The notes under the pieces: generated by a model
Seen by the model: only the letters and a program-made list of their open reading frames with translations
What the model was told of the DNA's origin: nothing
Database searches by the model: none
Source of the DNA: Chloroflexota bacterium
GTDB taxonomy: Bacteria; Chloroflexota; UBA11872; VXOZ01
Direction: 5' to 3'
Assembly: GCA_963663275.1 (NCBI GenBank)
Contig: OY760183.1
Coordinates: forward strand, 1,504,001 to 1,568,000
Length of the DNA stretch: 64,000 nucleotides
Made by a program: the position numbers and the translations under genes
Part shown: piece after piece, positions 58,101 to 64,000 of the stretch
How positions within the stretch are numbered: position 1 is the first letter of the stretch
Layout of the letters: each line of letters starts with the position of its first letter

Positions 58101-58262
58101 CGCCACATCATCAATGCGTGGAACCGCGTGGTGCTGCAAGGATGGAACGCGCGCGAAGCCCTGGAAGAAGCGGTCAAGCAGATTGACCGCGAACTCATCC
58201 GCAAACGCGAGGAGTTCGGCCTTGAAGTCGATCTCACGAAGACGAAGGGAGGTCTGGAATAA
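55161..58262 (+). CDS. Very large extracellular solute-binding protein with N-terminal carbohydrate-binding-like beta-sandwich modules
   Basis: Signal/TM segment, repeated W...VP..GLY.I...I.IDG..PF.E..F.L..G.H motifs, and a C-terminal SBP (PETQ.F.MMFYR.DIF..LGL..P.TW). Start uncertain (55143-55202). Confidence 0.88.
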   Translation: MDNLKREVMRLQAAMRKSEAVRNLRSWSVWLNVALAVMLVTISIPTAASAAVFAQASQPKDGEEEDAEEKEGTFITHATGVIEVKLEANYAETLEDYAKQGYEWVEDADIPIDLSNFVRFRGQEPEILSELDGRTGEIINWQEETEWMEWRVTVPKTGLYNIELEYYPLAGKRASIQRRIQIDGEYPFQEARRLVFVRFWTDKGLPTTDNQGNDRRPGQREDPRWETVRIIDGDGMYPWPFDFYLTEGEHVIRMITVREPMAIRSMRLVTPDRPPTYAEVLKSYAENGYKNAGETLIRHQAELPVERTEATIRMEYTSGPLVDPYSAGYVRLNAYGSYRWRRALQAATWEFEVPEDGLYKIAWRRWQAYASFLPSARRILIDGKVPFQELNSFLFTPDNDRDWRIVPFGDRSGEGEPYLFYLTKGKHTLTMEVTVGPSAETIRAINKVVTDLSIMVREITMITGVNPDPYMEFDLTSRIPTLVPRLVTNYELLEAQVDHMTMVNNGVKPNVANVLGEVAYQLRDMARDPESMSRRLSDLSASQGRLSQWLLYLREHPLWLDYLLITNPEFELGVGKASIFQKGWAGFMNFLSSFVRNYYGVGSIYGDSDDTITVWVARGREWGMIMKDMTEDDFTPASGIAVNLQVFPPAQLSAGSVNVLLLSVASGVTPDVATGVLPDVPVEFAIRNGVANMNKFLDYQEVTTRFRPGALLPFRWEGGDYAIPETQDFLMMFYRTDIFTELGLTPPDTWQDLYNMIWLLQQRGMDFFFPPVGVSAGGGIYGLAESLVPGFLPFLYQNGGDFYTEKGLSALDSPEALAGFREWTELYTNYKITQQADFYNRMRTGEMPIGVSGFFTYILLSVAAPELEGRWEMLPLPGKRRPDGQVDRTSGGYGQAVVIMDNSDKQDKAWEWAKWWTSTRAQARFGEELEALIGTEARWNTANVKALNQLPFPQKDIESIQEQWRWFKEQPVTLGGYFTPRHIINAWNRVVLQGWNAREALEEAVKQIDRELIRKREEFGLEVDLTKTKGGLE

Positions 58263-59227
58263 TGGCTGAGGTAAAGAGCGGCGACCCGGGCGTCGAGGCG
58301 ACAACACAGCCGCGGGCCGTCGCGGAGCCGAAGACCGGCCTGCAACGGCTGATCGCGCAGTACGGCGTCTCGTATGCCTTCTTGCTGCCCTATATGATCT
58401 TCTTCTTCGCCTTCCTGATCATCCCCGTGGGGGTGGCTATCTGGCTGAGTTTTACGTATTTCAACATGCTGGAACCGCCGCGTGTGATCGGCTGGTCCAA
58501 CTACCGGCTGTTGTTCCTGGAGGACGACATCTTCGTCCTCTCCATCCGGAACACGCTCTTCTTCGCGTTCATTACCGGGCCGGTCAGCCTGACGGCGTCG
58601 TTCCTGCTGGCTTGGTTCATCAACCAGATCCGGGTGCGCACCATCTACGCGCTGGCCTTCTACGCGCCGTCGCTGACGAGCGCGATCGCCATGGCGGTGG
58701 TATGGCGCATCGTCTTTTCCGGCGACCGCTACGGCTACATGAACTACTTCCTGATGCGCATGGGCTTCATCCAGGAGCCGTTCCTGTGGCTCATCGACCA
58801 GCGCACCATGCTGCCGGTCATCATGTTCGTGATGCTGTGGATGAGCATGGGCAACAACTTCCTTGTGTTCCTGGCCGGTTTGCAGACGGTGAATACCGAG
58901 CTCTACGAAGCCGGCAAGGTGGACGGCATCGCCCATCCGCTGCAAGAGATGTGGTATATTACCTTGCCGTCCATGAAACCGCAGGTGCTGTTCGGCGTAA
59001 TCAACGCGGTGGTGCTGATGTTCTCGGCGGGATTTGAGATTTCGCTCTCCCTGGCCGGTCTGCCCAGCCCGCTGTACGCCGCGCACATGATCCTATCGCA
59101 CCTGTACGACTATGCGTTCATCCGGTTTGAAATGGGGTACGCGGCAGCGATTGCGGTGATACTCTTCATCATTACCTTCGGTGTCGGGCAGGGCGCGCTG
59201 CGCCTGCTCTCGACCAAGGACGAATAA
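58262..59227 (+). CDS. Carbohydrate ABC transporter permease (MalF-like)
   Basis: FLAGLQ.V..ELYEA..VDG...ITLP.MKP and GYAAAIA motifs. Confidence 0.95.
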   Translation: MAEVKSGDPGVEATTQPRAVAEPKTGLQRLIAQYGVSYAFLLPYMIFFFAFLIIPVGVAIWLSFTYFNMLEPPRVIGWSNYRLLFLEDDIFVLSIRNTLFFAFITGPVSLTASFLLAWFINQIRVRTIYALAFYAPSLTSAIAMAVVWRIVFSGDRYGYMNYFLMRMGFIQEPFLWLIDQRTMLPVIMFVMLWMSMGNNFLVFLAGLQTVNTELYEAGKVDGIAHPLQEMWYITLPSMKPQVLFGVINAVVLMFSAGFEISLSLAGLPSPLYAAHMILSHLYDYAFIRFEMGYAAAIAVILFIITFGVGQGALRLLSTKDE

Positions 59228-59245
59228 GGAAGGGGAACCGTAACG

Positions 59246-60106
59246 ATGATAATCCGAGTTGGCAGATTCAAGATGACCAGCGGCGAGTTCACCACCATCG
59301 CCGCCCTGACCATACTTGCGGCATTCATGTCGTTGCCGCTCATCTTCGTGGTGTCGCACGCCCTGAAGCCGATCGACGAGCTTTTCCTCTTTCCGCCGCG
59401 CTTCATCGTGCGCAACCCCACCTTGCGCAATTTCCAGGACCTGCTCATCGCCACCTATTCACTGAACGTGCCCTTCATCCGGTACATCTTCAATAGTGTG
59501 TTCGTGGCGTTCTGCACGGTTGTCGGCGGAGTGTTGCTGGCAAGCCTGGCGGCCTATCCGCTGGCGAAGCACAACTTCCCGGGCCGCAACGCAATGTTCA
59601 TCGTCGTCATCGCGGCTCTCATGTTTACGCCGCAAGTGACGGCGATTCCGCGTTACCTCGTGGTGTACCAGCTTGGCATCATCGACACGTACTTCGCGCT
59701 GGTGCTCCCCAATCTGGCCATTCCGTACGCGCTGTTCCTGATGAAGCAATTCATGGAGCAGATACCGGCGGCGCTGATTGAATCGGCGAAAATCGACGGC
59801 GCCACGGAATGGACGGTGTTCTGGCGGGTGGTGATGCCGTTGGTGACCCCGGCGTGGGCCACCTTGGTGATCATCATCTTCGTGGGCACGTGGAACGACA
59901 TCTGGGCGCCGTTGGTGTTTACGCGCACGGAGTCGATGCGGACGCTGCCGATTGCGCTGCAAACGCTGATTAGCCAAGGCTCGGTAGCGCGTCAAGGCGC
60001 GTACGCGGCCGCGACGTTCATCATGATTACGCCGCCGGTGGTGCTGTTTACCTTGGTGCAGCGGCGCGTGATTGCCACCATGGCGCACTCTGGAATCAAG
60101 GCGTAG
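59246..60106 (+). CDS. Carbohydrate ABC transporter permease (MalG-like)
   Basis: AAYPLAK..FPG, IP..LIESAKIDGA and WND motifs. Confidence 0.95.
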   Translation: MIIRVGRFKMTSGEFTTIAALTILAAFMSLPLIFVVSHALKPIDELFLFPPRFIVRNPTLRNFQDLLIATYSLNVPFIRYIFNSVFVAFCTVVGGVLLASLAAYPLAKHNFPGRNAMFIVVIAALMFTPQVTAIPRYLVVYQLGIIDTYFALVLPNLAIPYALFLMKQFMEQIPAALIESAKIDGATEWTVFWRVVMPLVTPAWATLVIIIFVGTWNDIWAPLVFTRTESMRTLPIALQTLISQGSVARQGAYAAATFIMITPPVVLFTLVQRRVIATMAHSGIKA

Positions 60107-60110
60107 GAGA

Positions 60111-60199
60111 CGGCGCTGAAAGCGAAAGACGGCGCTGAAAGCGAATTCGGCGCTAATAGCGAATTCGGCGCTAATAGCGAAAGTCGCCGCTGAGAGCGA
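60111..60199 (+). repeat. Intra-operon tandem array of five 18-19-bp units, each with CGCT-NNN-AGCG
   Basis: cggcgctgaaagcgaa x2, cggcgctaatagcgaa x2, cgccgctgagagcga. Confidence 0.85.
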
Positions 60200-60240
60200 C
60201 GGTAACAACAAGGGTCGATAACGGGTAAGGAAGCGGAACG

Positions 60241-62349
60241 ATGCGTGGATTCAGAAGGTCTCGAATATGGCTGGTGCTGGCGGTATTGGCGGCGATTTGG
60301 CTTACGCTGACGTCTGCCGGCACGATCTCCGCGCTGGAGCTTGATCCCAAGCTCTCGTACACCATCGACCCCCGCAAGCAACGGGTGCCGTCGCCGCTGC
60401 CGTATATCTTCGAGAAGGAGATTAACGGCATCCACCTGCCGACGGGCGCGTTCAAGGAACCCTCCGACCTGTTCCTCGACCACGAGGAGCACTTGTGGCT
60501 CGCCGACACCGGCAACGACCGGGTGCTGCGCTTCACGAAGACCGGCGAGTACCTGATGGAAATCAGCAACCTGAGCAAGCCTGAAGGCGTCTACGTGGAC
60601 CCGGACGGCAATATCTTCGTGGCGGACACCGGCAACAACCGTATCTTGCGGCTGGATCCGGAGGGCAACTTCGTCGATGAGTTCTTCAAGCCTGAGACGA
60701 CGTTGATCCCCATCGACCATACCTTTGCGCCCAGCAAATTGGTGGTTGACCGCAGCGGACGCATCTACACGCTGGAGGCCGGCAGCAACCTGGGTATCAT
60801 CGTGCTGGACGGCGAGGGCAATTTCCGCGGTTTCTTCGGCGCGACCCGCCTGGACTTCAGCCTGCGGCGCCTCATCGTCAGCATGTTCGCCACGCAGGAA
60901 CAGCGCCGCAAGATCTTCTTGCCGCAACCGACGCCGCACTCCAACCTCTTCCTCTCCAGCGACGGCTTCCTCTACACAGTTGTGGCCACCGCGGTCAAGG
61001 ACCAACTGCAGAAGCTGAGCCCGGTAGGCGTGAACGTCTACCCGCATTCCACGTCGGTGGCGATTTACATGCGGTTCTTCAAGGAGGATTCGCTCAAGTT
61101 CTACGGCGAACGGGAAGGAGCGGGCCGGCGCACCCAGTATCCGCGCTTCTCGGACGTCAACGTCAATGAGGCCGGTATCATCACGGTGGTGGACGCCAAT
61201 TCGGCGAAGGTCTACCAGTACGACCAGGACGGCGAGCCGTTATTGGCCTTCGGCGGTCGCGGCGTGCAGCAGGGCCAGCTAGGGTACCCGACCAGCGTGG
61301 TGACGGACGATGAGGGCGCACTCTATATTCTGGACGCGATTCGCAATAACATCCAGGTGTACCGGCCCACGCTCTTCGCCCGGCTGGTGCATTCCGCGAG
61401 CAAATTCTATTGGGACGGCCGCTACGACGAGGCCGCCAACCTCTGGCAGCAGGTGCTGAAGCTGGACGCCAACATGTACCTGGCGCACAGCGCGCTCGGC
61501 AAGGCCCTCTACCGCCAGGAGCGTTACGACGACGCGATGGTGGAGTATTTCCGGGGCTACGACAAGGCGGAATACGCCAGAGCCTACTCTGAAGCGCGCT
61601 ACCTGTGGATGCGCGCCAACTTCGGCATGTTCATGCTCTACTTGTTCCTGGGCATCGGCGCGATCATCGTCATTCCGCGCGGCACGCGCCGCGTGTTCGA
61701 GCTTGGCTTCCGCCGGGGCATTCTGAAGCGTGAGAGCACCTGGTTCAAGATCTACCGCCAAGGCACGGGCGTCTTGCGAGACCCCATGGAGACCTTCTGG
61801 GCACTGCGTGAAGACTCGACGTGGTGGACGGTCTGGACCATGCTCGCGCTGGCTATCCTCGTGCGCATGCTTACCCTCAACACGGTGAGCTTCCATTACT
61901 CCAGCATCGACCCCGAGGACATCAACTTCGTGCTCGAAGTGTCCCGCATCATGGTGCCGTACCTTGTCTGGGTAATCGCGAACTACGGCGTGAGCGCAAT
62001 CTTCTACGGTGAGGGTTCGCCGAAGGTCGTCGCCGCCACCACGGCGTACTGCCTGCTGCCGTACATTCTCATCGCGCTGCCCCTGGCGCTGGTGTCCAAC
62101 GTGCTGACCACCGATGAGAGCGCGTTGTACGGCTTTGCGCAGACGGCCATGTATTGGTGGATGGGCATACTCATCTACTTGCAGGTCAAGGTGGTGCACG
62201 ACTTCGAGTTCAAGCGGGCCGCGGGTGTGAGCTTCTTGAACGTGTTGGGCATGGTTGCCATCTTCGGCATCTCCGCCCTCAGTTACTTCATGTCGTCGCG
62301 GGTGATCCGCTTCCTCTGGGAGGTTATCTATGAAGTTGTCACTCGCTAG
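60241..62349 (+). CDS. NHL-repeat / TPR / YIP1 domain membrane protein
   Basis: Signal peptide, ADTGN.R NHL repeats, a TPR-like segment (A..LWQQVLKLD.N...AH..LGKALY) and a C-terminal 5-TM YIP1-like region. Confidence 0.85.
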   Translation: MRGFRRSRIWLVLAVLAAIWLTLTSAGTISALELDPKLSYTIDPRKQRVPSPLPYIFEKEINGIHLPTGAFKEPSDLFLDHEEHLWLADTGNDRVLRFTKTGEYLMEISNLSKPEGVYVDPDGNIFVADTGNNRILRLDPEGNFVDEFFKPETTLIPIDHTFAPSKLVVDRSGRIYTLEAGSNLGIIVLDGEGNFRGFFGATRLDFSLRRLIVSMFATQEQRRKIFLPQPTPHSNLFLSSDGFLYTVVATAVKDQLQKLSPVGVNVYPHSTSVAIYMRFFKEDSLKFYGEREGAGRRTQYPRFSDVNVNEAGIITVVDANSAKVYQYDQDGEPLLAFGGRGVQQGQLGYPTSVVTDDEGALYILDAIRNNIQVYRPTLFARLVHSASKFYWDGRYDEAANLWQQVLKLDANMYLAHSALGKALYRQERYDDAMVEYFRGYDKAEYARAYSEARYLWMRANFGMFMLYLFLGIGAIIVIPRGTRRVFELGFRRGILKRESTWFKIYRQGTGVLRDPMETFWALREDSTWWTVWTMLALAILVRMLTLNTVSFHYSSIDPEDINFVLEVSRIMVPYLVWVIANYGVSAIFYGEGSPKVVAATTAYCLLPYILIALPLALVSNVLTTDESALYGFAQTAMYWWMGILIYLQVKVVHDFEFKRAAGVSFLNVLGMVAIFGISALSYFMSSRVIRFLWEVIYEVVTR

Positions 62350-64000
62350 AGGGTGGCGTTACGCGCGGTACCTAATCCCGCTGTTCCTGCTCTTTACCCT
62401 GTTGCCCATCACGCCGCTGGCGGCCTCCACCAGCGCGGATCCGGCCAGGGAATTGGGCCCGCAGTTCGAGTTGGTGACGCAGGTCGAACACCTGTCGCTC
62501 TATCTGAATAAAGAGAATTCGCAACTGGCGGTTTTCGACGACCGCGAGTTCGGGCGGCTGTGGCGCAGTTCGCCTATTCTGGAAAACCCGGAAGCGGTTT
62601 CTGATTCCATCAAGGCACGCCTCAATTCGGTGGTCATCGTCGAATATACCGATAAGGTCCGCACTCAAACCCGCGTGGCCGACATAATTTCCGACGTGCC
62701 GCGCATGACGTACGAACCGATCGACAGCGGCATCCGGGTGGACTACCTCTTCGAAGAACTGAACATCGGCTTCACGATCGACTACCGGCTGCAAGACGAC
62801 CGCCTGGTGGTCTCCGTGGCCGAAGACAGCATACGCGAGACGGAAGAGCGGCTGCTAGTCACGTTGGACGTGCTGCCGTTCCTGGGCGCGGCGACGAACG
62901 AGGAGAAGGGCTATCTCTTCGTGCCGGACGGCCCGGGCGCTATCGTGCACTTCCGGCCGGAACAGCCGGAGTACCGGCACAATTTCCTGGCCGAGGTCTA
63001 CGGCCCGGCGCTCTTCTCGTTCGAGCCGGAGCAGCAGCAAGGGCCGATTCCGGTGCCCGTCTTTGGCCTGGTGCGCGGCGATTCGGCCTTCACCGGCATC
63101 GTCACCCAGGGTGACATGGACGTGAACATCAGCGCGGCGCTGAGCTACACCGCGCTGGGCTACAACCGCATTTCCGGCCAGTTCATCTTCCGGCGCAAGG
63201 CGCCGTTCCCGCTGCGGCGGGCGTCGTTCGTGACGCGCTTCGAGCAGGAGCGGGTGGAAGGCGACCGGGAGCTCAAATACGCGTTCCTGCGCGGTTACGA
63301 CGCGACGTACGTGGGCATGGCGAAGGTCTACCGCGAATACCTGATGGCCGATCGCGGCATGCAGAAGCTGGAAGAGGCTAACCCCTTCCTGCATCTCCGC
63401 ATCTTCATGGCCATGCAGCGCCAGGCGTTCCCACGCGACCAGTTCATTACGATGACGACGTTCGACGACGCTTTGGGAATGCTCAAGACGCTCAAGGAAG
63501 AGCGGGGATTGGACAATCTCCGCGTGACCCTGGTGGGCTGGTCCAGCGACGGCTACGACTGGTCGCTGCCCAAACGCCTGCCGCCCGATGGACGCATTGG
63601 GGGCGAGGACGGGCTGCAAGCGGTCGCGAACTACGCGAACGCCAACAGCATCCCGCTCTATCTGGAAGACAACTACCTGTTCGGCTTCCGCAATCTGGAT
63701 TCGTTCCTGCTCTTCAATCCGCTGACGGACGTGATTCGCGGTGCCAACCGCCTGCCGATTACGACGAACTACGTCGGCTTCAAGCGGAAAGAGGACGAGC
63801 CGCATACCGAGGTGCAACTGCTGCGGCCGGAAATCGCCCGCGACCGCTATGCGGTTGACGATATCGCGAAGATGCGCGAATACGGCGTGTCCGGCGTGGA
63901 GTTTCGCTTCTTTGGCAAAGTGGCGCTCAACCACTATCCGATTCTGTTTTCCGGCCGGTCGTCGTTCGTGATTGGCTTGCGGCTGTTTGCTTTGGCGGCG
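62330..64000 (+). CDS. DUF5696-like secreted protein (3'-partial; absent from the ORF track because it has no stop in the window)
   Basis: GGAGG RBS, signal peptide MKLSLARGWRYARYLIPLFLL..., and LPFLGA....GYLFVPDG.GA, PVFG, YVGMA..YR.YL, MTTF and LGG-like motifs. The frame is read in frame at both ends up to 64000. Confidence 0.8.
   Translation, partial: MKLSLARGWRYARYLIPLFLLFTLLPITPLAASTSADPARELGPQFELVTQVEHLSLYLNKENSQLAVFDDREFGRLWRSSPILENPEAVSDSIKARLNSVVIVEYTDKVRTQTRVADIISDVPRMTYEPIDSGIRVDYLFEELNIGFTIDYRLQDDRLVVSVAEDSIRETEERLLVTLDVLPFLGAATNEEKGYLFVPDGPGAIVHFRPEQPEYRHNFLAEVYGPALFSFEPEQQQGPIPVPVFGLVRGDSAFTGIVTQGDMDVNISAALSYTALGYNRISGQFIFRRKAPFPLRRASFVTRFEQERVEGDRELKYAFLRGYDATYVGMAKVYREYLMADRGMQKLEEANPFLHLRIFMAMQRQAFPRDQFITMTTFDDALGMLKTLKEERGLDNLRVTLVGWSSDGYDWSLPKRLPPDGRIGGEDGLQAVANYANANSIPLYLEDNYLFGFRNLDSFLLFNPLTDVIRGANRLPITTNYVGFKRKEDEPHTEVQLLRPEIARDRYAVDDIAKMREYGVSGVEFRFFGKVALNHYPILFSGRSSFVIGLRLFALAA

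Overview
A GC-rich bacterial chromosomal segment. By inference it comes from a Chloroflexi-like genome: it has Tat-lipoprotein solute-binding proteins, Uma2/DUF5678/DUF1640-type small genes, and dense REP-like palindromes. Housekeeping genes are dapB (partial), asd, dapA, a family-4 UDG, hisF, fumC and glnA. Catabolic genes include two sulfatases, three paralogous alpha/beta-hydrolase domains, two Gfo/Idh/MocA oxidoreductases, a DegT aminotransferase, an Ogl-like propeller, a TIM-barrel isomerase and a three-subunit molybdo-flavoenzyme. An AT-richer ~4.6 kb island after dapA is bounded by a 10-bp direct repeat. The window ends in a large carbohydrate-uptake operon: giant SBP, two permeases, an NHL/TPR/YIP1 protein and a DUF5696-like protein. 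The most unusual layer is a set of short repeats with no transposase in the window: several GTAG-initiated REP families, hetero-paired REP doublets, two MITE families with terminal inverted repeats and flanking direct repeats (one inserting into REP hairpins), and two REP palindromes captured in frame inside intact genes. I recognised no rRNA, tRNA or CRISPR array. All family assignments come from motif recognition by eye, not from database searches.
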